Notes: generated by a model from the letters alone, not told the origin. A stretch of 64,000 nt of DNA from an uncultured Actinomycetes bacterium (GCA_963821045.1 CAWGCB010000002.1:327596-391595); one strand, 5' to 3'. Positions 48,132 to 63,912 are shown, numbered from the stretch's first letter. Numbers and translations are program-made.

Positions 48132-48941
48132 GTGTTCTCGGTCGCCACGGTCAATGTCAATGGGATACGCGCCGCTGCTCGCCGTGACGAGCTCAACTGG
48201 ATGCGCGAATGTGGTGCGGCTGCGATTTGCCTGCAGGAAGTCCGTGCCCCCGATGAGGTGTTGACCAAGACGTTGGCCGACCACGGACTCGCACACCTGT
48301 CTGCGGCCCACTTCGAATCATCGACTCCAGGCCGCTCTGGCGTTGCGGTGCTGAGCCCTTTTCCGATCACCGACGTGGTTACCGGGATTCCACGAACGGA
48401 GTTCAAGCACGACGGGCGGTGGGTAGAGGCAACGGTGCATGCCCCGCTTGGGCCGCTGCGCGTTGTGTCGGTGTACGTGCACACGGGCGAGGCAGGCACC
48501 GGGCGCCAGGAGGAGAAGTACCGATTCCTGGATGCAATGACGGCACGAATGCGGACCCTCAAGCGACGGGCATCGACGAAGGGCGAGCAGGTGGTAGTTG
48601 CTGGCGACCTGAACATCGCGCACACTCAGAATGACATCAAAAACTGGCGCGGCAACAAAGGTAAGGCAGGATTCTTGCCCGAGGAGCAGAGTTATCTGAG
48701 CGACTGGTTCGCCCACGGGTGGTCAGACTTGGGTCGCCAGCATGCGGGCGACCGCGAGGGGCCCTATACCTGGTGGTCGTGGAGAGGGCAAGCCTTCGAC
48801 AATGACACGGGTTGGCGCCTGGACTACGTCATGTCAACGAAGCAGTTGTCCCAGCGTCTAGTTGATGTCAACGTTCACCGAGCCGATAGCTACGCTCAGC
48901 GCTGGAGTGATCATGCGCCCGTGGTGGCCCACTTTGAGTAG
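48132..48941 (+). CDS. xth: Exodeoxyribonuclease III / AP endonuclease
   Basis: NVNGIRA, LQE, GDLNIAH, YTWWS, GWRLDY, SDHAP. Confidence 0.95.
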   Translation: MFSVATVNVNGIRAAARRDELNWMRECGAAAICLQEVRAPDEVLTKTLADHGLAHLSAAHFESSTPGRSGVAVLSPFPITDVVTGIPRTEFKHDGRWVEATVHAPLGPLRVVSVYVHTGEAGTGRQEEKYRFLDAMTARMRTLKRRASTKGEQVVVAGDLNIAHTQNDIKNWRGNKGKAGFLPEEQSYLSDWFAHGWSDLGRQHAGDREGPYTWWSWRGQAFDNDTGWRLDYVMSTKQLSQRLVDVNVHRADSYAQRWSDHAPVVAHFE

Positions 48942-49010
48942 TTCATACCTTGAGGTCGACCGGTATGGGCTCACGTACGTTGGCGTTAAGTACTTGGAGG
49001 TGGTGAGTCC

Positions 49011-51550
<2,540 letters not shown>

Positions 51551-51658
51551 CCGCGTTGACCGCGTTCCCGCAACGGTGGGATTCGGTGCGGCGATGCCAC
51601 GCCCAGAAAGCTGACCTGCTGATGAGGTCGACCGAACTGCGACTGGTCTGTGTCGTGG

Positions 51659-51850
51659 CTACCCAGCGCGTTTGATGCGACTTCCGGGACCTAATTGGAC
51701 GAGTTGGCGATGCCCATTGTCGGACCACTCCACGAGGTAGGTCTCCTGACCGGTACTCGTGTCACGCACATCAATAATTTTGGCCGCACGCTCTTTTCCG
51801 TGAGGCTCGTCGTACACGACCGAAACGCGGTCACCGATTGAAGCTTCCAT
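51659..51850 (-). CDS. DUF1918-like small protein
   Basis: A..GDR.....ER...I..V......Y.V.W.D.GH...V..GP pattern. Confidence 0.7.
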   Translation of the reverse strand: MEASIGDRVSVVYDEPHGKERAAKIIDVRDTSTGQETYLVEWSDNGHRQLVQLGPGSRIKRAG

Positions 51851-52284
51851 CTTGAACGAGTTCCCCCTTCATGGTTAACAGACGCTGGAGCGGCTGCCGA
51901 AGTTTTCCGCTACCCATATCAAACGCTCAGCCCGTCGAATAAGCAATGGGCCACGCCACAACAAGGGCATCTGCGTTAGTGAATGGAATCACCGCCATGA
52001 CTTTGGTCTCAAATCCGTTGCGCGGAGGAATACTTCGATCGCGACGTCGTAAAGTTTCCACTCCCGATGGCCTGGTCGGTCGCCGGGATCTCTAGGCGCT
52101 GTGAAGCGCTTCCTTCTCCGGTTGTGGGCCGACCGAGCGGATTTCGATTCTGACCTGCCTATCGGAGTACGAGCACTTGCTGGCTCGCTGGCTCATAGCT
52201 CCTGCTACTCCCTGTCTGCGGGTGCTTGCTGCCCAGCGGAGTTCGAACCTCCCGCTGGGTCTGAGCCTGTGCCTGTATCTGAGA

Positions 52285-54337
52285 TTATCTGGATCGGTGT
52301 TTGCGGCGACCTGGGGGGCTCTCGCGCTTGGGTGATGAAGCTCGGTGTGCGTGGGCGGGTACCGGTGGGCTGGGGGAGCGGCCGTCTCTGCTCTGTGTTC
52401 GGGACCGACGGTTGCAGTTGTTGTCGGCCCACGGTCGGCAGCTGATACGAGGACTCTCGGTGTGATGGTCGCCCTGGCTCGCGCTGGCTGGTGTCGTGTC
52501 GGCGGCGTTGGGTGGTGGGTCGGGTTCGTTGGGTAGTCGGCGCACGATCTGGTAGCGCTTCTGGGACAGCGGCTGTGCCCGGCCATCAGGGTTACTGCTG
52601 TGCTGGTCGAAGGCGAACGGTAGGTCGTTCGGTGATTCGCTTGGTGGTTCGGGTATCAGGTGTTCTGGCTGTGGGCCTTGGTGTGGTGGGTGGGGTGCGG
52701 CGGCTGGCTCGGGCCACGGGTTCGCGGTAGTCGTGCTCGTGGCGCTGCTGGTGGTGGTGTTCGGGCTGTGTTGTGGGGTTCGGTAGGTGTGGGTGGGGTG
52801 GATGCGGGGGATGCCGTCGGGGGTGTGGGTGATGGGGGTGTTGTCGTGGTGGACTTGGTGATGATGCCGTGAGCACAGCAGAATCAAATTTGATAGCGAC
52901 GTCGAGCCGCCGTTGGACCAGTGTTGGATGTGGTGGCCTTCGGTCCAGCCCACGGGTTTGGTGCATAACGGGTATTGGCATCCCTGGTCACGGATCGCGA
53001 GGGCGGTGCGGATCTGTTCGGGAATGACCCGGGTGCGTCGCCCGATGTCTAAGGGTTTACCTGCCGGGTTGAGCAGGACCCGTTGAATGGTCGCATCACA
53101 GCTCAACGCGGTGGCGGTGGTGGTGCTGATCAGGTGATGACCGGGCCCGTTATTGGTTCCGGTCGTGCACGTGGTGCGGGTCATGGTGGTGGCGTGGACG
53201 TGCTCAGCGATGGTGTCGGCGCTGATCGGGGTCAGCGGGTCCGCTAAGCGCGGCCACGGGATCGTCACGACCACGGATGCGGGAGTTCCCCCGCAGGTGG
53301 GCAGGTGACCCGATTCCAGGATCGGGTTAATGATCGCCTCGATGAACGCGTCCGCGCGTTGCCGCGCGGTGGAAGACACCACCTCATAGCGTCCCGGCCC
53401 CACCTCAGACTGGTGGCCATTGCCAGTCGCACCACTAGCACCGCTGGCACCGCTGCCAGCGTCCGAGCCAGGCGCATCTGATTCTGCGCACCGTGGCTCG
53501 GGAGTTGCCCAGCAGCAACCGCCGCAGCGTGATCCGTAGCGCTGAGCATGCTCGCTCGCCCACCCCGTCCCCACTGCCACTGCCGCCGCTGCCGCCGTTG
53601 GTGGTGCCGTGCTGGCGCTGCTGCTGTCGGGACCGCTGCGCGCTGTCGCTGTCGCTGGTGTTGTCGTTGGTGGTGGTGCGGTGGTGGGCGGTGAGGGCGG
53701 CGTTGAGGGCGGCCATGATTTTCATGCCTTGGGTGGGGCTGAAGAATCCGTCGACTTTGATGCCGTCGCCGAGGTGGTGGATGTGTAACGCGCGCCGGTG
53801 GTGAGCATCATCATCAGCGTGCGCGGTGCTCACGGGGTCGACCTGATCCGCCCACGCCCGTAACGCGACACGTAACTGCGCGACGCTGAGATCCGCGGCG
53901 ATCGTGATGAACGTGTCCATGAACTGTGCGAGCACATCGGCGCGGGTCTGATTATGTTCCCCGACCGCGATGATGAGGTCGGCTTTCTCCCGCGACACCC
54001 GCCCGTCATGACACGCATCCGCTAACGCCGGGTAGGTGCGAAACGCGCGCGCCACACGCACATCCGCGCTGGCGTGACGATGATCCAGCAGGTGTTCTGC
54101 GCGCAGGAACGAGGCCATGGTGGCGTTGGGCGCGGACTGCGACCACACCGAACTGTTCGCGATCACCGCGACCAATTCCACCCGGTACGCATCCAGTTTC
54201 GCTGCTAACACCGCCACCTCAGCGAGCACCGTGTTCGCCTCCACCCCAGACAACGTGGCAACGTCAGCAGATAACGCATCAATCACCGCCACCGCATCCG
54301 CCACCGACACCTCTGCTGCATGAGATCGCATCACCAT
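52285..54337 (-). CDS. DUF222 + HNH endonuclease (13E12-like repeat family); frameshift near 53500-53580, C-terminus uncertain
   Basis: QRRADA, LSCDA, LDIGR..R, AL.IRD.GC..P.C, HHIQHW.NGG.T.LSN..LLC.RHH. Confidence 0.88.
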
Positions 54338-54428
54338 CACCCCCTCTTGTGTTGTGAGACCGAACCCGCCCGAGTCCGCGGTGAGGGCCGTCGCGTGGAT
54401 CACCAGGTTGCGACGACCCGTGCCGTGT

Positions 54429-54444
54429 TCGAACGTGTGTACGA
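54429..54444. promoter_or_regulatory. Putative LexA (SOS) box upstream of the HNH gene
   Basis: TCGAAC-GTGT-GTACGA, one mismatch to actinobacterial TCGAAC-N4-GTTCGA; about 90 bp upstream of the start. Confidence 0.7.
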
Positions 54445-54712
54445 ATGCTAACCCAGGTGTGACCACTGGTCAACACCGTTTCCACACCCCATTCCACGTC
54501 GCAAAGCCCTGGGGATAAACAACAAACCCGCACCACAATCATGAGTAAGGTTCACGAAACGAACGCAACTCTTAGCGCCAAGGAGGAGTCAAGATGTTGA
54601 GGATCGGGTGGCACGAGGTAGGAGATCTGGACTCTCGCTCACGGGCGTCGCCCATTTGCGGTTCCTGGTACGGCGAAGAGTTGCCCTAGTCAGTAGGCTG
54701 CGGTGAATCGCG

Positions 54713-55207
54713 TTGCTAGCAGGGGCAGCGCGCAGTGTTGGGAGACTACGAGTGAAGGTTCGCACCCCCGCCTTGATCGCCGTGCCAGTCTTGATGATCG
54801 CGTCCGTGGCGTTGGCAGGCTGCACAAGCAGCCAAACGACGCCGTCGGAGTCACCGAGCACATCGGCCGTAAGTCAGATCAGCGAGGTCGACGCGTGTAA
54901 AGAATTGGCGACGATTCTGGATCCGCTCCTAGGTAACACGCCGATTGGTGATGCATCTGAGCAGCAGGCGACGTATGCGACGGCAGAGAAGCAACTAGAT
55001 GAGCTGGCAGGTCAAGTCCCGCCAGAGCTTGAGCCCGAGTTCTCGCAGTTGCAGGATGGGCTCGCAGGGTTGGCTTCAGAAGCGTCCGATATGGCTTCTG
55101 GGTCTTCAGTGAGTCCAAGCACGTCCGATGCCGCTGACGAGTTCGCCGCTGAGGCAACCGCACTGTCGACCAAGTGTTCTGCATTGGGCGTTGAGTTCAC
55201 CTCGTAG
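54713..55207 (+). CDS. Putative lipoprotein, small helical domain with two further Cys
   Basis: Lipobox LAGC, Ser/Thr linker, C...C helical domain. Confidence 0.7.
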   Translation: MLAGAARSVGRLRVKVRTPALIAVPVLMIASVALAGCTSSQTTPSESPSTSAVSQISEVDACKELATILDPLLGNTPIGDASEQQATYATAEKQLDELAGQVPPELEPEFSQLQDGLAGLASEASDMASGSSVSPSTSDAADEFAAEATALSTKCSALGVEFTS

Positions 55208-55413
55208 GCAGACGCAAGCCGCGAAGTCAGAGTTGGCGGCGAGCCGAGCATTCGTGACTGGCTAGGTGCGGGCGGGTAGGTTGTGTGCCGCGGCAACGCC
55301 GCCCTGTGACGGCTCAAGCGACGCCCTAGGCGCGAAATGTGTTCACTAGGCGCAGACGCCGTGCACCGCGCGAAGTACTAGGGACTAGCTAGGCCTTGGG
55401 CACTGATCGGCGA

Positions 55414-56640
55414 TCAGCTACGCCGACTGCGGATCAGAAGTAACAGTCGCCATGCCATCAGGGCAGCCAGAACTGCCAAGAAACCCGCAATCGCCGCGTT
55501 GAGCCAGGGGAGTTTCAACTCATCAGGAGCGCTGACGGCCGTGGCATCGGCGCCCGTCAAGTATCGGGCCGATCCTTGATCCCCATCGGTTTGAGCCGAA
55601 CGTTCCTTCGCCCCCGCGACGGTGGCACCGGAGTTGCCTGCATCGCCGCTTGATGCTGCCACTCGAACTGGCGGATCCTTGATTGGCTTCGCATCTGGTA
55701 GAGACCCGATTGGATTGAGCAGGCTCGCGTTCGCAAAACCCCAGTCGAGCAGTTCGCGACCCGCTTCCTCGGTCCCGAGGTTCGTGCGCATGAAAGAGAA
55801 GAGAAGAGTCGTTCCTCCGCGGCTAGCAGCACCAACGAAGGTTCGCCCGGCATTTGTCGTGTACCCAGTCTTTCCACCAATGATGCCGGGGTAGTTCGTC
55901 ATCAAGAGGCGGTCTTGATTGTAGATCTTGAAAGTCTTGCCAGCCCGGTACTGCTTTGCTTTCTGTGCCGGGAAGTTAGCGGACTTCATCCCCACGAGCT
56001 TGAGGAACTCAGGTTGTTTAAGTCCAGCACGAAAGATTGTCACTAGGTCCTTGGCGGTCGAGACCTGCCCACGCGCATCGAGTCCACTCGGGTTCTTGGC
56101 GCGAGTGCTCAGGGCACCGAGGCGCTCGGCCTCTGCGTTCATCTCGGCCAGCGTCTTTGGCCAACCGCCATTAGCGTTGGCCAGGGCGCTCGCAGCATCA
56201 TTACCGCTTGGCAACATCAGCCCCGTGAGGAGCTCATGAACTGCGTAGCGGCGCCCCGCAATCACGCCGACATGGCTACCCTCGGCTTTCTCGTCCTTCT
56301 TGCGCGCCACATATTCAGACTTGGGTAACAGGCGGGGAATGACGGTGTAGGCCGTGAGCGCTTTGAGGGTGCTCGCCATCGGGTGTTGGACATCAGGCCC
56401 CTGAGCGGCCAGAATCTCGCCGGTATCGCCGTCGGCCAGTACCCAAGCCATCGCCTCAAGCTCCGGGGGAGGGGTGAATCCAGGTTTGCCTGATAGTTGA
56501 ACCGGCGGTCCAATAGGCGTTCGGCTCGGACTGGGTTCGACGGCGCTTCCTTGGCTGCTGACGCCGACTGTTCCCGCCACGACTGCGCCGAACATCACCG
56601 CAATAGTCGCGGCAAACCTCATGCTGCGGCTATTGGGCAC
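55414..56640 (-). CDS. D-alanyl-D-alanine carboxypeptidase (S11)
   Basis: STLK (SxxK), SGN, KTG; signal peptide and C-terminal TM. Confidence 0.92.
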   Translation of the reverse strand: MPNSRSMRFAATIAVMFGAVVAGTVGVSSQGSAVEPSPSRTPIGPPVQLSGKPGFTPPPELEAMAWVLADGDTGEILAAQGPDVQHPMASTLKALTAYTVIPRLLPKSEYVARKKDEKAEGSHVGVIAGRRYAVHELLTGLMLPSGNDAASALANANGGWPKTLAEMNAEAERLGALSTRAKNPSGLDARGQVSTAKDLVTIFRAGLKQPEFLKLVGMKSANFPAQKAKQYRAGKTFKIYNQDRLLMTNYPGIIGGKTGYTTNAGRTFVGAASRGGTTLLFSFMRTNLGTEEAGRELLDWGFANASLLNPIGSLPDAKPIKDPPVRVAASSGDAGNSGATVAGAKERSAQTDGDQGSARYLTGADATAVSAPDELKLPWLNAAIAGFLAVLAALMAWRLLLLIRSRRS

Positions 56641-56771
56641 ACGAGAGTGTAACCCCTCAGAGCCGAAACCTCACAGCTATTCCCACGGCGACTCCCCACG
56701 GCAGGAGTTCCCACAGCAGGAGTTCCGACTACAGCAGCTACCAAGGGAGTTCGCGCGATCCGCAGCTATTC

Positions 56772-57532
56772 TTAGCCGTTGGCCATCAGGGCTTGTTTGA
56801 CTTCGCGAATCGCATCAGTGATTTGGATCCCGCGTGGACAGGCCTCCGTGCAGTTGAAGGTCGTCCGGCAACGCCAGACTCCCTCTTGGGAGTTCAAGAT
56901 GTCCAGGCGCTCCGCGGTCGCGTCGTCGCGGCTGTCGAAGATGAAGCGATGTGCGCCGACGATGGCTGCTGGGCCGAAGTACTGTCCGTCGTTCCAGAAG
57001 ACCGGACACGAGGTCGTACATGCGGCACACAAGATGCATTTGGTCGTGTCGTCGAAAGCGGCCCGCTCGTCGGCTGACTGAATCCACTCCCGGGTGGGCG
57101 CATGCCGGTCCGTCACGAGGAACGGCATGACCTCGCGGTAGGCCTTGAAAAAAGGCTCCATGTCCACGACGAGGTCTTTCTCCTGCGGTAGTCCCTTGAT
57201 GGGCTCGACTGTGATCGGCTTGTTCGTCTTCAGGTCCTTGATCAATGTCTTGCAGGCCAATCGGTTGCGCCCGTTGATCCTCATCGCATCTGAGCCGCAG
57301 ATACCGTGCCCACATGAGCGACGAAACGTCAGCGAGCCGTCCTGCTGGCCCTTGATGCTCTCCAGCGCGGTCAACACTCGATCGGTTGGGAAGCAACTGA
57401 CAACAAACTCTTCCCAGTAAGCCTCATCGCTAACTTCGGGGTTGAACCGCAGCACCTTGAATGTGACGTCTTTGGCGACCGGCGCGGCGACGGCAGCGGC
57501 GGCAGTACTGGTCTCGGTAGCTGTTGCGCTCA

Positions 57533-57533
<1 letters not shown>
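56772..57533 (-). CDS. sdhB: Succinate dehydrogenase iron-sulfur subunit
   Basis: SCGHGICGSD, CILCAAC..SCP, C.TTFNC.EACP. Confidence 0.96.
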
Positions 57534-59288
<1,755 letters not shown>

Positions 59289-59306
59289 GTCTTGCTCGCT
59301 AGCTCC

Positions 59307-59713
59307 TTAGCTAATGGTCGGATCGAAGGTGAAGATCACCAAGGTGCCGAGGGCGATGATGAGAGACAGTGGCGGCGTAGAGCAACTCCTTTGAGGGTCA
59401 GCAGCGTGCCCGGTGGCGACTTGGCGTAGTCATTGATGATCGTTCGCATCCCGTTTGCACCGTGCAGCATGGCCAGCCAAAGCATCAACAGATCCCAGAT
59501 CTGCCAGAACGGGCTCGCCCACCGGCCAGCGACGAATGCAAAGTTGATTCGGTGTACTCCTCCGTCAAGGATGTTCATGATGAAGAGGTGCCCGAGCACC
59601 AGTACAACCAGGACGATGCCCGACAGGCGCATGAAGAGCCAGGCGTTCTTCTCGAAGTTATTAGTCACCAACTGGCGACGACTGCGCGGAGTCTGTAGCG
59701 CTGGGGCACTCAT
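59307..59713 (-). CDS. sdhD: Succinate dehydrogenase membrane anchor subunit (3' frameshifts)
   Basis: W.FMR.SG, H..., W..P.WQ.WD, HG.NG.R....DY. Confidence 0.9.
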
Positions 59714-60123
59714 GAGGCACTCCCGAATAGCGTTTCGATCGTTCTCAACATCATGAAGTACGTCCCGGGGATCATCACTACTAGCCAGATCACGATCAGC
59801 CCACGCAACATGGCCTTCTGGTAGCGCGGACCCTTGGACCAAAAGTCGATGAGGATGATTCGGATGCCGTTGAGCGCGTGGTAGAGCACCGCTCCGACTA
59901 ACCCGACCTCCATGAGGTTCACCAGGGGCGTCTTGTAGGTGGCAATGATCCCGTTGTAGATATCGGGGGAAACCCGCACCAGCGCAGTATCGGTCACGTG
60001 GACCAGTAGGAAGAAAAATACCGTGACGCCGGTGATCCGGTGAGCCACCCACGACCACATACCGTCGTATCCGCGATACAGGGTGCCGACCGGGGACTTG
60101 GCTCCGGCGGTTGTGTTCGCCAC
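59710..60123 (-). CDS. sdhC: Succinate dehydrogenase cytochrome b556 subunit
   Basis: LYRG..GMWSWVAHRITG, HV.DT, HALNG.R. Confidence 0.93.
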   Translation of the reverse strand: MANTTAGAKSPVGTLYRGYDGMWSWVAHRITGVTVFFFLLVHVTDTALVRVSPDIYNGIIATYKTPLVNLMEVGLVGAVLYHALNGIRIILIDFWSKGPRYQKAMLRGLIVIWLVVMIPGTYFMMLRTIETLFGSAS

Positions 60124-60368
60124 TCTCGCCTCCGTGATGACAAATCAGCGACAGGCAGCCTCCGCAACTCCGACTGTGCGCTTTGTCATTGCGCGGTCTT
60201 AAGAATCGCGTCGTAATCGAACCAGCCTGGACCGACGCCGGTAGGGCGTTGGCTAACACAGATATTAGCTACAACCATTGCCGAACGTGCGCACCGCCCT
60301 GCGCATGGTGACGGCCGTCTCGTAGCGCGACGCTAACTGCGCACAACTCGCCGGATACCCTCATAGCT

Positions 60369-61949
60369 ATGGCATCTTTGACTGAATCCGGCCTGCCCTT
60401 TGATCCCGTCTACGGCCCGGAGGCCCTCGCCGACTGGGATCCAGCGACTCAACTCGGGCAACCCGGGGAATACCCGTTCACTCGTGGCGTCTATCCGACG
60501 ATGTACACAGGCCGCCCATGGACGATGCGACAGTACGCCGGGTTCGGTACCGCGGCGGAGTCGAATCGGCGCTACCACGACTTGATCAAAGCAGGTACAG
60601 CCGGGCTGAGCGTTGCCTTCGACCTACCGACTCAAATGGGCTACGACTCCGATCACAAGCTTGCCAGCGGTGAGGTAGGCAAGGTCGGAGTCGCGATCGA
60701 CTCCATCGACGACATGGAGGTGCTATTCCACGGCATCCCACTAGACAAGGTCTCGACATCGATGACGATCAACGCGCCAGCCTCAACGCTGCTGTTGATG
60801 TATCAGTTGGTGGCGGAGAAGAACGGCATTCCGGGGTCCGCGCTGACGGGGACGATCCAAAACGACGTACTTAAGGAGTACATCGCTCGCGGGACGTACA
60901 TCTATCCGCCTGGGTCATCCATCCGACTCATCACGGACATCTTCAAGTACTGCCAGAGTGATCTTCCCAAGTGGAACACCATCTCGATCTCGGGCTATCA
61001 CATGGCTGAGGCAGGGGCGACCCCCGCGCAAGAGATCGCCTTCACCCTCGCCGATGGCATCGCCTACGTACAAGCCGCCATCGATGCCGGGCAGGATGTG
61101 GATGACTTTGCGCCGCGACTCGCCTTCTTCTTCGTCTCCCGTACCAGTTTCCTTGAGGAGGTGGCAAAGTTTCGGGCCGCCCGTCGCATCTGGGCGCGGA
61201 TCATGAAGGAAAAGTTCGGGGCAAAGAACCCGAAGTCGATGATGCTGCGCTTCCACACCCAGACAGCGGGCGTTCAGCTCACCGCTCAGCAGCCCGAGGT
61301 CAACCTCGTTCGGGTCGCAGTTCAGGGGTTGGCCGCAGTCATGGGCGGCACGCAGTCGCTGCACACCAACTCGTTTGACGAGGCCATCGCGCTTCCGACC
61401 GAGAAGGCCGCCCGCCTTGCGTTGCGTACCCAGCAGGTCTTGGCCTACGAAACCGACGTCACCAAGACTGTGGACCCGTTCGCTGGCTCGTACGTAGTGG
61501 AATCACTCACCGACGAGGTCGAACAGGCCGCAGTTGATCTAATGACCCGCGTCGAAGACCTCGGAGGCGCAGTCTCGGCCATTGAGCAGGGTTTTCAGAA
61601 GGGCGAGATCGAGCGCTCGGCCTACAACATTGCGCTTGAGATCGATGACGGTGAGCGCACAGTGGTGGGGGTCAACAAGTTCACTATCGAGGACGAGGAG
61701 AAGTACGAACCACTTCGCGTCGACCCAGCGATTGAGGCCCAGCAGTGCGAGCGCTTAGCGATTCTGCGCGCGGATCGAGACAACTCCGAGGTAACCAGAC
61801 AACTCGACGCATTGCGGCGAGCAGCGGAGGGCAGCGATAACTGCCTCTACCCGATGAAGGAAGCTTTGCGAGCCCGTGCCACCGGCGGCGAGGTCGCAGA
61901 TGCACTTCGCGAAGTGTGGGGCCAGTACGACCCGCCCGACACTTTCTAG
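60369..61949 (+). CDS. Methylmalonyl-CoA mutase-family large (substrate-binding) subunit, no B12 domain
   Basis: [45 protein letters not shown]. Confidence 0.92.
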   Translation: MASLTESGLPFDPVYGPEALADWDPATQLGQPGEYPFTRGVYPTMYTGRPWTMRQYAGFGTAAESNRRYHDLIKAGTAGLSVAFDLPTQMGYDSDHKLASGEVGKVGVAIDSIDDMEVLFHGIPLDKVSTSMTINAPASTLLLMYQLVAEKNGIPGSALTGTIQNDVLKEYIARGTYIYPPGSSIRLITDIFKYCQSDLPKWNTISISGYHMAEAGATPAQEIAFTLADGIAYVQAAIDAGQDVDDFAPRLAFFFVSRTSFLEEVAKFRAARRIWARIMKEKFGAKNPKSMMLRFHTQTAGVQLTAQQPEVNLVRVAVQGLAAVMGGTQSLHTNSFDEAIALPTEKAARLALRTQQVLAYETDVTKTVDPFAGSYVVESLTDEVEQAAVDLMTRVEDLGGAVSAIEQGFQKGEIERSAYNIALEIDDGERTVVGVNKFTIEDEEKYEPLRVDPAIEAQQCERLAILRADRDNSEVTRQLDALRRAAEGSDNCLYPMKEALRARATGGEVADALREVWGQYDPPDTF

Positions 61950-61988
61950 GGGAAAATTTCTCGTGTCCCGCAGTTAGACGCGGAACAC

Positions 61989-62438
61989 CTAGTTCACGGA
62001 TCGACATGGACGCCTGCGGAGACTGAGCACGTAGTCCTCCGGTGCCCCAGCCTCCTCGGCTGCATCCGCAATTACCCCGAGATAGTGCGCAGAGGGCAAC
62101 CCACCCTCGTAGCCGTCCACAACGTAGATCCACGCCATCGCATCGCCGTCTTCGGTCGCCACCCGAACACGAATTTCCACGAATACGCCGAGCGCTGTGC
62201 CTTCCCACTCGTCAAGGTTCTTCTCGTCCCACTTGGGAACGTCGTAGAGCATGACGAAAACTGACGAATCCGGGTCCTCGACTAGGGTCGCCAGCGCGCC
62301 ATCCCAGCCGATATCTGCGCCACCAAAACTGAGTCGCCAGCCGCGGATCCAACCGGTTCCTTGGGCAGGGGAGTGCGGGGCCCGCAGTGCCATCTGCGCT
62401 GGTGAGAGGTTCGAGCCGTAGGCCGCGTATAACGCCAT
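61989..62438 (-). CDS. Gamma-glutamylcyclotransferase family protein
   Basis: YAAYGSNL, LD.WEG, PS..YL. Confidence 0.88.
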   Translation of the reverse strand: MALYAAYGSNLSPAQMALRAPHSPAQGTGWIRGWRLSFGGADIGWDGALATLVEDPDSSVFVMLYDVPKWDEKNLDEWEGTALGVFVEIRVRVATEDGDAMAWIYVVDGYEGGLPSAHYLGVIADAAEEAGAPEDYVLSLRRRPCRSVN

Positions 62439-62499
62439 AGTGACCAAGAGTAGCCACTACAGCGCGCCGACGCGGTAGCCATACGGTCACAATGGGGTC

Positions 62500-63912
62500 G
62501 TGACACGAGTTGTGGTGGTAGGCGGCGGCCCCGGTGGCTACGAGGCAGCGATGGTAGCGGCGCAAGAAGGAGCCGAGGTGGTACTCGTCGAGCGCGATGG
62601 CGTGGGGGGCGCGGCGGTTCTGACCGACTGTGTTCCGAGCAAAACGCTGATCGCGACGGCGCGCTCAGCGATCCTCGCAGAAGACAGCGGAGCGCTCGGG
62701 GTACGGATCGACGGGGAGCCGATCGACCCGCACAGTGCTGGCGTCGACTTGGCCTACGTGATTGACCGAATCAAACGCCTCGCTGCGGCCCAATCCGAGG
62801 ACATTCGCGCACGCCTGATCAAAGACGGTGTTCAGGTAGTTCACGGCGACGGACACATCAGCGAACCCGGCGTAGTTGAAGTTGTGCAAGAGGGGCAGGC
62901 TTCCCAAACTCCGGCTTACTTTCCCTATGACGTGCTACTACTCGCGACGGGGGCCCGCCCTCGGCAGTTGCCGGACGCGCCCGTGGACGGCGACCGGATA
63001 CTCAACTGGCAGCAGGTCTGGGGTTTACAGGATCTGCCAGAACACCTAATCGTTGTTGGGTCAGGTGTAACTGGCGCGGAGTTCGCCGGTGCCTTCACAG
63101 CACTCGGTTCCCAGGTGACTCTCATCTCGAGTCGAGATCGCGTCCTGCCAACGCAAGACCCGCTCGCCGCCGATGTTGTGGAATCCGTCTTCACTCGTCG
63201 TGGGATGCAGGTTCTACCGGGAGCGCGCGCACAGTCAGCCCGGGTATCCCGAGACGGGAGCGGGGAGTCAACTGGAGTAGTTGTCACTCTGACGAATGGC
63301 AGCGAAATCGTCGGCTCACATGTGCTGATCGCGGTTGGCGCACTGCCCAATACCGAGAACTTGGGCCTAGCGAAAGCCGGAGTGCGCACAGATGATGGCG
63401 GCTACATTACGGTCGATCGCGTATCTCGAACCAACATCATGGGCATCTATGCGGCTGGCGATGTCACTGGAGTGCTGGCGTTGGCCTCAGTCGCCGCCAT
63501 GCAAGGACGGATCGCCATGTGGCACGCCCTCGGCGACGCAGTCTCGCCGCTGAACCTGAAAGAAGTCTCCTCGGCGGTGTTCACAGATCCCGAGATTGCC
63601 TCGGTAGGAGTTCCGGCCCACCTAGTGGAAACCGGAGAACTGCCTGGACGCGTCCACACGCAGTACCTCTCGACCAATGCGCGGGCAAAGATGCAGGGCA
63701 CGGAGGACGGTTTTGTGAAACTGGTGGTCGGAAACGATGGGGTCGTCCAAGGCGGGGTCGTCGTGGCGCCGCGGGCTAGCGACCTGATTCATCCGATCGC
63801 ACTCGCTGTGCGCCAGCATCTGACCGCAGACGACGTCGCAGCGACCTTCACCGTTTATCCGTCGATGTCCGGCTCAACTGCTGAGGCCGCCCGGCGTCTG
63901 CACATCGTCTAA
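62500..63912 (+). CDS. lpdA: NAD(P)H:quinone oxidoreductase, LpdA-type flavoprotein disulfide reductase
   Basis: GGGPGG; 'AVLTDCVPSK' has only one active-site Cys (mycobacterial LpdA type); GSGVTGAE, AAGD, YPS.S. Confidence 0.85.
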   Translation: MTRVVVVGGGPGGYEAAMVAAQEGAEVVLVERDGVGGAAVLTDCVPSKTLIATARSAILAEDSGALGVRIDGEPIDPHSAGVDLAYVIDRIKRLAAAQSEDIRARLIKDGVQVVHGDGHISEPGVVEVVQEGQASQTPAYFPYDVLLLATGARPRQLPDAPVDGDRILNWQQVWGLQDLPEHLIVVGSGVTGAEFAGAFTALGSQVTLISSRDRVLPTQDPLAADVVESVFTRRGMQVLPGARAQSARVSRDGSGESTGVVVTLTNGSEIVGSHVLIAVGALPNTENLGLAKAGVRTDDGGYITVDRVSRTNIMGIYAAGDVTGVLALASVAAMQGRIAMWHALGDAVSPLNLKEVSSAVFTDPEIASVGVPAHLVETGELPGRVHTQYLSTNARAKMQGTEDGFVKLVVGNDGVVQGGVVVAPRASDLIHPIALAVRQHLTADDVAATFTVYPSMSGSTAEAARRLHIV

